DNA of 64,000 nt from Bacillota bacterium (GCA_050951805.1 JBMNJT010000002.1:832001-896000); one strand, 5' to 3'; shown: positions 1 to 10,487, numbered from the stretch's first letter. Made by a program: numbers and translations. Notes: generated from the letters alone by a model not told the origin.

Positions 1-1215
1 TACAGGGCCGTCAGGGCCAACAACGGGGCTCCCGGGATAGACGGTGAGACCGTGGACGCCTTCGGCGAGAACCTGGAAGCCAGGCTGGCAGAGATTTATC
101 AGGAGCTCAGATCAGGATCTTACGAACCAAGTCCGGTGCGGCGGGTAGAGATACCGAAGCCAGACGGAAGCAAAAGGCCTCTTGGCATACCCACCGTTGG
201 CGACAGAGTAGTGCAGCAAGCGCTGCTCAATGTGGTTCAGCCAATCTTCGACCCCGAATTCCATCCATCAAGCTATGGGTACCGACCCGGGCGATCCTGT
301 CATCAAGCAGTGGCAAAGGCAGAGAGGTTCATTAATCGCTACGGTCTCAAGCACGTAGTGGACATGGACTTGTCAAAATGCTTTGACCGACTCGATCATG
401 ACCTGATCATTGAGTCTGTGAACCGAAAGGTCAGCGACGGAAGCATACTTAAGCTGATCCGGAAGTTCCTTGAAGCAGGAGTCATGAAAGACGGGGCCTG
501 GGAGGAAACAACCATAGGCAGTCCGCAAGGCGGAGTAATATCGCCTCTTCTTGCCAACATCTATCTTGACTACTTTGATCAAAAGATGAAGTCAAAGGAC
601 ATCAGGATAGTGAGGTACGCTGACGATATACTCATCTTTGCGCGGACAAGGCGACAGGCGGAAAAGTTCTTGGAGATAGCGTGCGAGATCCTTGAGGGCG
701 AGTTAAAGCTCGTTGTGAACAGGGATAAAACGCACATAACCAGCGTCTATAAGGGAGTGCCCTACCTTGGGTTTGTCATATACCCTAAGGTAGTAAGCAT
801 ACACCCCAAGAAGCTGGCGAAGTTCAAGGACGCCGTCCGCAAGCTGACTCCCCGCAATCATGGGATGAGTGTTGAGCAGATGGTGAAGCGACTGAACCGA
901 TTCCTTCGTGGATGGATCAACTACTTTCGAATTGCGAACTGCAAGACGATAGTAGCCAGCCTGATGGGGTGGATAAGGCGGCGTCTGAGGATGAAGCAGA
1001 TGAGGGAGTGGAAGAGCTGGAGGGGCCTGCATAAAGCACTTCGAAGGCGAGGCTACTCAGGCGAATTCCTGAAGATATCCATGAGACGATGGAGGAACTC
1101 GGCAAGTCCTCTGGTCAACATGGCGCTTCCTCAGGCTTGGTTCAGTGAGATAGGACTGATTGACCTCACGAAGTATGAGGTCGGCGTCTTGCATCTCTTC
1201 TATGAAGCGAAGTGA
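1..1215 (+). CDS. ltrA: Group II intron reverse transcriptase/maturase (5'-truncated by window edge)
   Basis: Frame is open from base 1 (YRAVRANNGAPGIDGET). Motifs RPLGIP, PQGG, YADD and maturase/X domain (LRGWINYF); no endonuclease domain. Confidence 0.95.
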   Translation, partial: YRAVRANNGAPGIDGETVDAFGENLEARLAEIYQELRSGSYEPSPVRRVEIPKPDGSKRPLGIPTVGDRVVQQALLNVVQPIFDPEFHPSSYGYRPGRSCHQAVAKAERFINRYGLKHVVDMDLSKCFDRLDHDLIIESVNRKVSDGSILKLIRKFLEAGVMKDGAWEETTIGSPQGGVISPLLANIYLDYFDQKMKSKDIRIVRYADDILIFARTRRQAEKFLEIACEILEGELKLVVNRDKTHITSVYKGVPYLGFVIYPKVVSIHPKKLAKFKDAVRKLTPRNHGMSVEQMVKRLNRFLRGWINYFRIANCKTIVASLMGWIRRRLRMKQMREWKSWRGLHKALRRRGYSGEFLKISMRRWRNSASPLVNMALPQAWFSEIGLIDLTKYEVGVLHLFYEAK

Positions 1216-1309
1216 CTAAGGTTTGCCAGGAGCCGTGTACGGGGCCCGTACGCACGGTTCTGTGAGAGGGATGACGCCAGGCTGATTACCTGGCGCCACC
1301 CTACTCGAT
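1..1309 (+). mobile_element. Group II intron (class C-like), 5' part outside the window
   Basis: RT/maturase ORF followed by domain V (GAGCCGTGTACGGGGCCCGTACGCACGGTTC, 1230-1260) and domain VI ending CCCTACTCGAT at 1309. Short DV and no HNH domain fit class C. Confidence 0.92.
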
Positions 1310-1377
1310 ACTCAGGCGCATAAGGGCTTTTCAGATCGACGCGCAATCAGTTGATGGAGACGGAGTGTGGGTGAAGG

Positions 1378-2079
1378 ATGGGCATGAAGCTAATAGCGTT
1401 TGACATGGACGGTACTCTGACACAGGAACCGAGCTCGTGGGAATACGTACATCGCCGCTTCGGGCTATGGACAGGCCGTGCTGAGGCGCATATGATGCGC
1501 TTTCTGTCAGGGGAAATCACATATGAGGAGTTTTCTATCCTGGATGCGCAGGAATGGAAGGGGATGTTGCATGCGGAGATCGAGCGCACGCTCGGCGAGA
1601 TTCACTATGCTAGATGTGCGCAGGAGGTAGTAGATGCCGCACGATCTCATGGAGCATTCACGGCTTTGATATCGTCTGGCATCTTAGCGCTTGCTCGACG
1701 CGTCGCCAGTGATCTTGGCATAGATCGCGTTTTCGCAAACGAGCTGGTGGCAAGGGAGGGTGTGATGACAGGCGATGTAGTGATAAATGTTTCAATTGAT
1801 GAACCGCATATGACAAAAGGTGCTGTCTTGAGAAGGCTCAAAATGGAGCTCGGAGCCGATACAGACGAGACGTGGGCTGTCGGTGACAACTGGGGGGACA
1901 TAGGCATGTTCCGCGAAGCAGGGACTGCCGTATTGGTGGCGCCTACACCCGAGGATAGGGAGAAGGTCGTCGTGGCAGTCCCGAACGTCGTATGTGTGCC
2001 AAGCTTATGCCATGTCGTCAGTCTTATCAGCCGAATCGGAGCTGGCGATTCCTGCAGTCCCGGCGCAACCGGCGGCTGA
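1378..2079 (+). CDS. HAD-family hydrolase, phosphoserine phosphatase (SerB)-like
   Basis: Motif I FDMDGTL; motif IV VGDNWGD. Confidence 0.8.
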   Translation: MGMKLIAFDMDGTLTQEPSSWEYVHRRFGLWTGRAEAHMMRFLSGEITYEEFSILDAQEWKGMLHAEIERTLGEIHYARCAQEVVDAARSHGAFTALISSGILALARRVASDLGIDRVFANELVAREGVMTGDVVINVSIDEPHMTKGAVLRRLKMELGADTDETWAVGDNWGDIGMFREAGTAVLVAPTPEDREKVVVAVPNVVCVPSLCHVVSLISRIGAGDSCSPGATGG

Positions 2080-4206
2080 GGTGTCCTGCATATCCAATTC
2101 GGGCTCTGGCATGAGTTCGTCCTTGTATTGGAGGCGGTAAAGATCATAGTATAGCCCTCGCTTGGCGAGGAGTTCCTGGTGGGTGCCTTCCTCTCGAATG
2201 CGGCCCTTATGGATCACGATGATCTTGTCGGCGTGTTGGATCGTCGACAGTCTGTGGGCGACCACGATCGTTGTGCGGCCTGCGATCAGCTTTGGCAAAG
2301 CGTCTTGTATGAGCAGCTCAGTCTCGGTATCGATATTTGCTGTCGCCTCGTCGAGAACGAGTATTGACGGATCAGAGGCGAGGGCTCGAGCGAACGCAAG
2401 CAACTGTCTTTGGCCGGCAGACAGTGTCGAGCCGCGCTCAGTGACGGGCTCGTCGTAGCCATTGGGCAATTTGGAGATGAAATGGTCGGCATTTACGTAG
2501 CGCGCCACTTCTTTGATTTTTTCATCTGAGATATCCACGTTGTTCAGCCTGATGTTGCTCTTTATGTCTCCAGCGAACAGGAACACGTCTTGGAGCACTG
2601 CTGCGATATTGCGCCGAAGGTCTGCGACCCTGTAACTGCGAATATCGACTCCGTCTATGAGTATTTGCCCTTTCTGGATATCATAGAGCCGGTTTATCAA
2701 GCTTGTTATTGAGGTTTTGCCTGCGCCGGTAGCGCCAACGAACGCCACTACTTCGCCTGGTTCGATGGTGAAGTTGATGTCGCGAAGCACCCAATCGGCA
2801 TCGTTGTAGGCAAACCACACATTCTTAAACTCTATTCGACCGTCCAACCGATCAACAGAAACGGGATTCTCGGGGTCTTTTACCATGATCTCGGTGTCCA
2901 TCAGCTGGAATAGGCGTTCAGATGCTGCCATCGCCGCTTGCATGAGATTGTATTTCTCGGTCAGATCGTTTATAGGGCCGAAGAACATGCTGACGTAATT
3001 GATGAAGGCATAAACCATGCCAAACTGCATAGTCCCTGAGATGACGTTCCTGCCGCCGTACCATACGACCAGAGCTAGCGCGCCCGTTCCTATGAGCTCC
3101 ATTATGGGTCTGAATATCGCATATACCATCATCTCACCAATGCCCGCGCGATAGTATTCGCGATTGACATTTACGAAATCGTCATAGTTCCTTTGCTGCC
3201 GATTGAAGATCTGAACGATCTTCATGCCAGAGATGTTCTCAGCCAATGTCGAGTTGATCCGCGCCAGCGCAGTTCGGACTTGCCTGTATGCCTGTCTGGC
3301 CTTGGTACGGAAGATGATGGTCGAGACGATTATCAGGGGCAAGGCTGCAAGGGACAGGAGAGCGAGCTGCGTATCGAGACGGAACATCACAACGATTATC
3401 CCGACCAGCATGAACACGTCCTTGAAGAGGTTAACGATTACGCTGGTATACATCTCATTGAGAGTCTCGGTATCATTTGTCACCCTGGTCACCAGGCGGC
3501 CCACGGGATTCGTGTCGAAGAACGCTACATCCATGTGCTGAAGATGTGTGAATACCTCTTCGCGAATTTCATATATTATCCGTTGGCCGGCTCGTTGCAG
3601 CAGGACTGTTTGCCCGTAGTTGAGGATGAATGCCAGGGCGCCGACTAGGAGCAGAATAATGGCTAATCTTGATACTGCGGCAAGGTCTTGCTCCCGAAAG
3701 ATGCCGATATTCTCGTGCCCTTCGATTATTTGGGCCGGGTGTTCGACCTCGTCTACGATGAGCACTAGGCCTGAATCCGTTGTTGCCAATTGAGCGGGGC
3801 CGTGATCCGGCGGGAGCGCTCCAGATATGAGAACATACTGATCGGAGATGTTCAGAAGCTGGAAAAGGGCTTCCGGCTCGTATTCATCCGCATGGTTGCT
3901 GGGCAAGTCTTTGATGCGGACGTAGACGTGCCCATTGTAATGTATCATGCGATTATCTCGAATACCTGCGGGAACCGCCTCAGGTTCATAGCGAGCCATA
4001 GGGGCATCGTATCCAGAGATGTAATCGTCCATAGCAGTCTTGATAAGGTATGGCCTGACTAGATCTGTTCCCGCGATTATCATGATAACTATTATTCCTA
4101 GCACGAACGTTTTGCGGTATGGTGCGGCGTACGACATTAGTCGCCGTATAAGCTGTGAATCGTACACTTTTCCGATGATTTGTTCCTCTTCCTCATAACC
4201 GTTCAC
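2005..4206 (-). CDS. ABC exporter permease/ATPase (YheH-like subunit)
   Basis: TM domain plus Walker A GATGAGKT, signature LSAGQRQ, LVLDEAT; long loop between TM1 and TM2. Confidence 0.92.
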   Translation of the reverse strand: MNGYEEEEQIIGKVYDSQLIRRLMSYAAPYRKTFVLGIIVIMIIAGTDLVRPYLIKTAMDDYISGYDAPMARYEPEAVPAGIRDNRMIHYNGHVYVRIKDLPSNHADEYEPEALFQLLNISDQYVLISGALPPDHGPAQLATTDSGLVLIVDEVEHPAQIIEGHENIGIFREQDLAAVSRLAIILLLVGALAFILNYGQTVLLQRAGQRIIYEIREEVFTHLQHMDVAFFDTNPVGRLVTRVTNDTETLNEMYTSVIVNLFKDVFMLVGIIVVMFRLDTQLALLSLAALPLIIVSTIIFRTKARQAYRQVRTALARINSTLAENISGMKIVQIFNRQQRNYDDFVNVNREYYRAGIGEMMVYAIFRPIMELIGTGALALVVWYGGRNVISGTMQFGMVYAFINYVSMFFGPINDLTEKYNLMQAAMAASERLFQLMDTEIMVKDPENPVSVDRLDGRIEFKNVWFAYNDADWVLRDINFTIEPGEVVAFVGATGAGKTSITSLINRLYDIQKGQILIDGVDIRSYRVADLRRNIAAVLQDVFLFAGDIKSNIRLNNVDISDEKIKEVARYVNADHFISKLPNGYDEPVTERGSTLSAGQRQLLAFARALASDPSILVLDEATANIDTETELLIQDALPKLIAGRTTIVVAHRLSTIQHADKIIVIHKGRIREEGTHQELLAKRGLYYDLYRLQYKDELMPEPELDMQDTSAAGCAGTAGIASSDSADKTDDMA

Positions 4207-4228
4207 TTACATCTCACCTCTCCCCCGG

Positions 4229-5980
4229 TCAGCTTCTGCTGGCCAGCTCCTCTTCCAGCAGCTGTTTCTCATAGATCTCACTGTAAAGCCCTGCCTGGGC
4301 CAGCAAGGACGCGTGGGTTCCACGTTCGATTATTTTGCCGTCATCAAGCACTATTATCTCGTCAGCATCCTTTACAGTGGAGATGCGGTGAGAGATGATT
4401 ATGCTTGTTCTATCATGCATGAATTCGCTAAGCCCACGAAGTATACTTTCCTCTGTCTGAGTGTCTACGGCTGACAACGAGTCATCAAGAATGAGGATCT
4501 TAGGCTCTGTTATAAGGGCCCGCGCTATGGAGATCCGTTGCTTCTGACCGCCTGACAACGTTACTCCGCGTTCGCCGACTTTTGTGTCGAAGCCTTCAGG
4601 GAAGCCCATTATGTCATCGTATACATGTGCTATCTTTGCGTAGTGGCATATCTCCTCGGGCGAGAAGTCCCTGTCTGCGAAGGCGATGTTCTCCCCAATC
4701 GTGCAGGAGAACAGGAACGTGTCTTGCGGCACACATCCGATCTGGTTGCGGAGCGAGCTCAGTGTAACGTTGCGGATGTCGTGACCGTCTATGAATACTG
4801 AACCTTCAGGTGGATTGTAGAGTCTGGTCAATAAGTTGACTATAGTCGTCTTGCCGCTTCCGGTCCGGCCCACTACTGCCAGGGTCTTTCCTGCGTCTAT
4901 CTTGAAGGAAATATCGGAGAGCGCCGGAGGCACCCCGTCTCGGTAGGAGAAGGTCAGATTCCTGAACTCAATGGTCCCTGTGACGTCCTCTAGCTCAATT
5001 GCGCCGGGCTCATCCGCAACCTCCGGGACCTCGTTCAGCACGGCGTTAAGCCTGTCGAGGGCGGTGAACCCGCGCTCCATGACGTTTATGACCCATCCAA
5101 GCGCTATCATTGGCCATACCAGCATGGCTAGGTAGCTCGTGAAAGCTACAAAATCTCCGAGAGAGATCTGTTGGTACATTATCATTGACGAACCATATCG
5201 AAGGACAACTGCGTAGGCGAGCGCAGTTGCCAGACCGCTCAAAGGCGACATGAGCCCCCATATCTTCACAAGGTCTATGTTTGCGTCAACATTCTTCTGG
5301 GCTACAGCCATGAATTTCGCAATCTCAGCGTCTTCCTGCACAAAAGATTTTGTGACCCGTATGCCTGCTATGCTTTCTTGAGCTCGATCCGAGAGTTCTC
5401 CAAAGGCCTCGTGCACAGCTAGATGCCGTGGATTTATGATCTTGCTAAAAGCCGCGGTAGACACAGCCAACAGCGGAAATGGAAGCAAAGCGAAGATTGC
5501 CAGACGAATGGGGACCGTTCTGAACAGGATTATCAGTGTCGCCGTGGTCATGAATATGGAGTCGGTAATGAGTATGAAGCCTTGCCCGAAGGCTTGCCTC
5601 ACCGATGGGATATCGTTCGTTGCATGTGCCATGAGCTCGCCGGTCTTGTGCTCGGTGTAGTAGCGGGCGGGCAGCTTCTGAAGGTGGGCGAAGAGCTTAT
5701 TGCGTAGCTCGAAATCGAGCAACCTTGCAGTGCCCATAATGAAGATGCGCCACAGGAATCTTCCTATTGCTATGCCGCACGCTATTGCAAGAATAATGAG
5801 AACATGTTTTTTGAGGCCTTCCGGTGTAAGGGAACCTTCGCGGAGTGCATCAGTAACATTTCCGAGGATCTTTGGAACCACAAGCTGCAGAGCGTCGACG
5901 ATAATAAGAGTGAGTATTCCTAAGACATAGCGCCACCAGTACTTGGCAAAGAAATCCTTCAAGTGTTCTGTCCGCTTCAA
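4229..5980 (-). CDS. ABC exporter permease/ATPase (YheI-like subunit, degenerate site)
   Basis: GRTGSGKT, LSGGQKQ, Walker B LILDDS (Asp in place of catalytic Glu), typical of heterodimeric exporters. Confidence 0.92.
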   Translation of the reverse strand: MKRTEHLKDFFAKYWWRYVLGILTLIIVDALQLVVPKILGNVTDALREGSLTPEGLKKHVLIILAIACGIAIGRFLWRIFIMGTARLLDFELRNKLFAHLQKLPARYYTEHKTGELMAHATNDIPSVRQAFGQGFILITDSIFMTTATLIILFRTVPIRLAIFALLPFPLLAVSTAAFSKIINPRHLAVHEAFGELSDRAQESIAGIRVTKSFVQEDAEIAKFMAVAQKNVDANIDLVKIWGLMSPLSGLATALAYAVVLRYGSSMIMYQQISLGDFVAFTSYLAMLVWPMIALGWVINVMERGFTALDRLNAVLNEVPEVADEPGAIELEDVTGTIEFRNLTFSYRDGVPPALSDISFKIDAGKTLAVVGRTGSGKTTIVNLLTRLYNPPEGSVFIDGHDIRNVTLSSLRNQIGCVPQDTFLFSCTIGENIAFADRDFSPEEICHYAKIAHVYDDIMGFPEGFDTKVGERGVTLSGGQKQRISIARALITEPKILILDDSLSAVDTQTEESILRGLSEFMHDRTSIIISHRISTVKDADEIIVLDDGKIIERGTHASLLAQAGLYSEIYEKQLLEEELASRS

Positions 5981-6028
5981 ATGGGCTTCCCCCCCGACTC
6001 TTGAAGCTCATAAATAGAATACCATACC

Positions 6029-6057
6029 ATTATACTCTACAGATATTGCGGTTGAAA
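6029..6057 (-). promoter_or_regulatory. Putative sigma-A promoter of ABC exporter operon
   Basis: Minus strand TTTCAA-17 nt-TATAAT about 50 nt upstream of the start. Confidence 0.45.
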
Positions 6058-6190
6058 GAGCGCAAAATCCCGAGGCATCTGCGTTGTAGCCGATTTCTCG
6101 CACACGCCAGTTACACAATTTAGCGAGAGCAACTTCCTTCCTGGCAATAAAGGAGCCTCATTTGCCGAGATAGGCGGCAGCAGGCTGCTT

Positions 6191-6245
6191 TTATACAGCA
6201 TGTATAAGGCCTATTATCCTACCGAGTTATCGAGAATCTCGTCAA
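6191..6245 (-). promoter_or_regulatory. Second putative sigma-A promoter with operator-like palindrome
   Basis: Minus strand TTGACG-18 nt-TAGGAT (6245-6216); TTATACA-gca-TGTATAA inverted repeat at 6191-6207. Confidence 0.4.
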
Positions 6246-7485
6246 CCTCTTTTTAGTGCTTCATGAGATTGCAAAAAGATCCGGTGTGCGCCGATGATCA
6301 GGGGACTTCCTCCACAACCAGCGTAATGTCGAGATTGCAAACCTGGCGGAGCTGTCCGTTTTTCATTAGCTCTGACGAAGACCCTTGGTAGTCTTATGTT
6401 GAGAGGCGACGCCTGCCATTACCCCTTTCATCCTCTAGCGCTTGCATCAACTCAGTCACGTCTTCGCTAGATGATTCCAGATACTCCGCAATTGCCGGCG
6501 TGTATGGGGACGCCAGGACTCCAACGAGTCTGTGAGAAGCATGTCAAAAGGTAAATCTCAAATAGGCTGCCAGGCTTAGGCAGCCGTGCGAATCTGTGCC
6601 GGAGACAAGTTTGGGCAGGCCGAATAAACCACCCAGATGTGTAGGCGTCTTCGCGAAAGTCGGGTTCGGTTACGGCTGAGGCGCTCAGCCAAGTTCTGTG
6701 AGCGTTCAAGTCACATTGCATCGTTTGTGGCGTTGAACGTGTGGAGGCATGCTGGACTATAGGATGTAAGCCCTTTTCGACGTAGAAGCATTTGATCACA
6801 TTGTAGGCATCGAAAGCATCATCGGTCGACCGGTTTTTGCGCATCACAAGTAGCTTTGAAAAGTAGTTCAGTGCTTTCAAACAGCTTTCACATGGGCACG
6901 TGTATAAAGCTCAGTTCGAAGTCGCTTGGTGGGCGTAGATTGAATTGTTGCCGAAAACAGGCTTATTCGGAGTAGCTCTATCGACACGCGTTGGACTGCT
7001 TTTTGCGAGTGAGGGTCGGTTTATGCAGTGAACATATCCATAAAAAGGTATCAGCTAGTTCGCCTCAATTGGATGTGACTAGAAGTTAGCCAGGTTCGTT
7101 GCCAACCTCTGATTTTCCTCGCAGCAAACCTTGGCCATCGCCATACACTTCTTGTCCGGGCCTCAAAGGTCAGCTCAGTCTTCCGGCGGCGTTTGCGCGA
7201 CTGATTACTATTTGGCGTAAGGGGTTTGGCTGCTTCAGGGAGCGCTCAAATGCCTTTTAGCGCATACCTGAGCAATCACCTTGTCAAATCAAGTGGTCTA
7301 GATTTGAACCGCAGGCAGTACAGACTCCAAGGTCGCGCAGAAACTTATCGAGACCTACTTAGAACGCGGGTGCCCCCTGTTTTGGTTCAGCCCTATCTGT
7401 GGGCATTTCCTCATGATGTAAAGGCGATACACAGTTTCGAAAAGCGTGTCAGCCATTAGCGTGGGCAACCATTCGTATGCGAGTT

Positions 7486-7511
7486 GGGCGGGACCGTGCA
7501 CGGTCCCGCCC
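7486..7511. repeat. Perfect 26-bp GC-rich palindrome, possible terminator of the DUF1540 gene
   Basis: GGGCGGGACCGTGCACGGTCCCGCCC is its own reverse complement; no U-tract. Confidence 0.6.
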
Positions 7512-7532
7512 GGTGTAACGCAGGGACTCCTA

Positions 7533-7784
7533 TTACATTCGAGTAGTTCGATCCGAGCGTACCGTCGTATCTGACGTTCCCTTGGGAGCGAATGTCTTGC
7601 AGCAAGTCTCGCCGATGTGGGCAGCCGGCCTTGGCTCAGCTATGGAAGCTTGCAACGCGTCGTAACTGTCTGGAAGTTGATTTGCGATTGAATCGGACGT
7701 CACCATGATCTGTGATGCATGGCAATAGTTGCCTTCATTCCAGTAATGGCAGTTGTTTACCGAACACCTAACCCTGTTATCCAT
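7533..7784 (-). CDS. DUF1540 family small Cys-rich protein (typical of spore formers)
   Basis: CSVNNCHYW...CHASQIMV...TCCKTF pattern; GAGGAG RBS. Confidence 0.85.
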   Translation of the reverse strand: MDNRVRCSVNNCHYWNEGNYCHASQIMVTSDSIANQLPDSYDALQASIAEPRPAAHIGETCCKTFAPKGTSDTTVRSDRTTRM

Positions 7785-7894
7785 ACCTGTTCTTTTCTCC
7801 TCTCAAAGAGACTGGCTATGAAATGCCTGCGTTAGTATGCCCCGATGGAACGGGGTAATAAGCGCAGAGGGGAACGGGCGCTTTGTAACACAAT

Positions 7895-7943
7895 AAAAGA
7901 GCACGTTCGCATCGCTGTGAGCGAAAGACGAACGCGCTCTTTT
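7895..7943 (-). terminator. Intrinsic terminator (possibly bidirectional)
   Basis: AAAAGAGCACGTTCG...CGAACGCGCTCTTTT hairpin downstream of the ATP-grasp gene. Confidence 0.65.
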
Positions 7944-7974
7944 CGCTTGTGAAAGCGCCATGTTGATTGGCCAG

Positions 7975-8973
7975 CTAGTGCCAGTAGCGGGACCAGGCTG
8001 ATGTGAGAATCCACTTCACAAGATCGTCATACGTCATTCCAGCCGCCCGGGCCTGAAGCGGAAGCAAACTGACTTTGGAGAGCCCGGGCAGAGGGTTTAT
8101 CTCCAGGAAATGCGGTCGTTCTTCTGCATCGAGCCTGAAGTCGATCCTTGCCACGTCCCGACATTCCATTACCTCGAATACGGAGACGGCCATATCTGCG
8201 ATCTCCGATGCCAGGTGCTCTGGAATAGGCGCAGGAACCCTGAAGCGCTCAAGGTTTCCTGACTTGGTTTCGTATGAATAGACGAATTCGCAATCGGCTG
8301 AGTCACGATTGCCGGGGCATACTTCCATTATAGGGAGGACGTGTGGTCGTCCGTTTCCGATGATTCCGACGGTGAATTCCCTTCCTGGAAGAAACTCCTC
8401 AACAATCGCAGGCTGTGAATATGTCTCCAGTATCCACCTGACTTTTTCAGTCAGCTCATCCATGTTCCTGACGCGCGACGAATTACGTATTCCCTTGCTC
8501 GATCCTTCGTAGTTGGGCTTGACGAATACAGGAAAGTCCATATTCATGGAGGACAGATCCTCTATGGAACTGACTTTGATGTAACGGGGAGTCCTGACAC
8601 CTACAGTCGATGCCACACGTTTGGCCATGGCTTTGTCGAGGGCAATGCCGAGCGTTAAGGCATCGGAGCCAGTGTACGGGATCTCGAGCAGCTCAAGCAG
8701 TGCCGGAATAAGGGACTCCCGATTCCGCCCAGCCCAGCCTTCAGCTATGTTGAAGACAATGTCAGGCCGCGCCTCGTCCAATCTCTCCAAAAGGTCAGAT
8801 TTGTGCGGAAACAGCATCACCTTCTCACCGATCTTGGCCAGAGAGGATGAGAGCATGTCAACAGTCTCCTCTTCCTCGCATTCCGCAGCCAGATCGGGAA
8901 CGCTGTTTGCTTTCCCGACAAGGCCGGGGAAGTCCTTCTTCAGATTGAAGACAACCCCTATTGTATGCATCAT
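7975..8973 (-). CDS. D-alanine-D-alanine ligase-family ATP-grasp protein
   Basis: FNIAEG, PYTGSD, FVKPNYEGSSKG, RIDFR, LEINPLPG; atypical N-terminus (no GGxSxEH). Confidence 0.8.
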   Translation of the reverse strand: MMHTIGVVFNLKKDFPGLVGKANSVPDLAAECEEEETVDMLSSSLAKIGEKVMLFPHKSDLLERLDEARPDIVFNIAEGWAGRNRESLIPALLELLEIPYTGSDALTLGIALDKAMAKRVASTVGVRTPRYIKVSSIEDLSSMNMDFPVFVKPNYEGSSKGIRNSSRVRNMDELTEKVRWILETYSQPAIVEEFLPGREFTVGIIGNGRPHVLPIMEVCPGNRDSADCEFVYSYETKSGNLERFRVPAPIPEHLASEIADMAVSVFEVMECRDVARIDFRLDAEERPHFLEINPLPGLSKVSLLPLQARAAGMTYDDLVKWILTSAWSRYWH

Positions 8974-9278
8974 TCTTAATGACCATCCTCCGCATCATCA
9001 AGTCTTTGCCTAGGTCAAGCTGATAATATCTCCACTATTCTCCTACGTCCAGAACGCTGGAAGGCCCGTTCAATCACCAGGGGACCTAGGCGAGGGTTTC
9101 TGCAGATCATGTGAGGCATGACATTGTTTTTCATGCTCTAGCGTGGTTGCACGCGCTATATTGCGGTTTCAGCCTTAGCTTCCGGCTTGTCTTTGTCCGT
9201 GCATATCCATGGAACAGTGCTGAGAGAATAATACCAGCACGTTGTGCGAGCCAACCAGGACAGGAGTGTAACTGATCG

Positions 9279-9989
9279 ATGAACCTGAAAACACCGATTA
9301 TGGGTTTGACTGTAGGCGCCATGATCTTCATTGTGGTGCTTTTATGCGCTGCAACCCCTGCTAAAGCCGAGACAAGGCCGACGCTGTACTGGGGTTCCAG
9401 AGGGCGTTCGGTTAGACTCGTTCAATGGAAGCTTTCCGATTGGGGTTATTACCGAGGGTGGGTAGATGGCGTTTTCGGCGCCAATACCCACAGAGCAGTT
9501 TTGGCATTTCAGCGCAAAAACGGGCTGAAGGTGGACGGCCTCGTTGGACCGCAGACATGGAGGGCTCTTGGCTTCGGCTACACGGTGGCTGCTGAGGCGC
9601 CCGCGGCCTACAAGCCGGCGCCAATGGCATCTAGGTCGGCGTCGGTAGATTTGGTTGCCCGCGCGATAGCCGCTGAGGCCAGGGGAGAGCCTTACCGTGG
9701 CCAGGTTGGAGTGGGGGCGGTTCTAATGAACCGATTGAAAAACCCCAAGTTTCCACACTCGCTGTCAGCTGTGATCTTTCAGCCGAATGCCTTGGAATCT
9801 GTGTCCAACGGGCTGTACTGGCGAAGAACACCAGATCAAATTGCGTACAGCGCCGCTCGAGATGCGATAAACGGGTTTGACCCTACCTACGGATCCCTTT
9901 TCTTCTGGAACCCCGCAAAGCCGGTATCTGGATGGATTTGGACTCGGAATATCATTGTCAAAATCGGTAAGCATGTTTTTGCCCGCTGA
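9279..9989 (+). CDS. sleB: Spore cortex-lytic enzyme SleB
   Basis: Signal peptide, PG-binding domain (VDGVFG, DGLVGPQT) and Hydrolase_2 domain with catalytic Glu (AAEARGE); upstream of ypeB. Confidence 0.9.
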   Translation: MNLKTPIMGLTVGAMIFIVVLLCAATPAKAETRPTLYWGSRGRSVRLVQWKLSDWGYYRGWVDGVFGANTHRAVLAFQRKNGLKVDGLVGPQTWRALGFGYTVAAEAPAAYKPAPMASRSASVDLVARAIAAEARGEPYRGQVGVGAVLMNRLKNPKFPHSLSAVIFQPNALESVSNGLYWRRTPDQIAYSAARDAINGFDPTYGSLFFWNPAKPVSGWIWTRNIIVKIGKHVFAR

Positions 9990-10027
9990 TGCAAAGCGGG
10001 GTTTTGATCGGAAGGAGGTATGCCAAC

Positions 10028-10477
10028 ATGAGAATGCCCAACGCACGGATCCTTGTCTTTGTAGTGCTTGCAGTTGCCGTCGTTATTGGAACGGTTGCGC
10101 ATATTGGTCGAGCTCAAAGCCGTAGCGGCGACGTCAACCTTCTTGCCCGCCTGATTGCAGCCGAGGCTGAAGGTGAGCCATACCAGGGGATGGTAGCTGT
10201 CGGCGCTGTCATGCTCAACCGAGTGGCGAGTCCCAAATTTCCCAATTCAATATCTGGATGTGTATTCCAACCTGGAGCATTTGAATCTGTCTCAAACGGA
10301 TTGATATGGAGGCGCTCTCCGAGCAGACAGGCGATATCTGCCGCAAGAGATGCTATGAACGGTTACGATCCTACATATGGGTGCGTATTCTTCTGGAACC
10401 CTGCCAAACCCGTATCAGGATGGATATGGAGCAGAAGCATTGCTGTAAAAATAGGCAAACACGTGTTTGCCAGGTAG
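10028..10477 (+). CDS. Second SleB-like cell wall hydrolase lacking PG-binding domain
   Basis: GGAGG RBS, ATG 10028; hydrophobic N-terminus, AAEAEGE, and FFWNPAKPVSGWIW identical to the upstream paralog. Confidence 0.85.
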   Translation: MRMPNARILVFVVLAVAVVIGTVAHIGRAQSRSGDVNLLARLIAAEAEGEPYQGMVAVGAVMLNRVASPKFPNSISGCVFQPGAFESVSNGLIWRRSPSRQAISAARDAMNGYDPTYGCVFFWNPAKPVSGWIWSRSIAVKIGKHVFAR

Positions 10478-10487
10478 AAAGGGGACA

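Noticed and set aside
1-1215. RT as retron, DGR or defence RT
   Set aside because: Maturase domain plus DV/DVI immediately downstream identify a group II intron.
2005-2079. 75-nt convergent overlap of HAD and ABC genes as a regulatory feature
   Set aside because: Both tails are low-complexity and probably just stop-codon drift.
6467-6880. 137-aa minus-strand ORF
   Set aside because: No RBS, no recognisable motif; lies in a decayed region.
9195-9235. sigma-G promoter for sleB (GCATA...AATAATA)
   Set aside because: Spacing of 21 nt does not fit the consensus.
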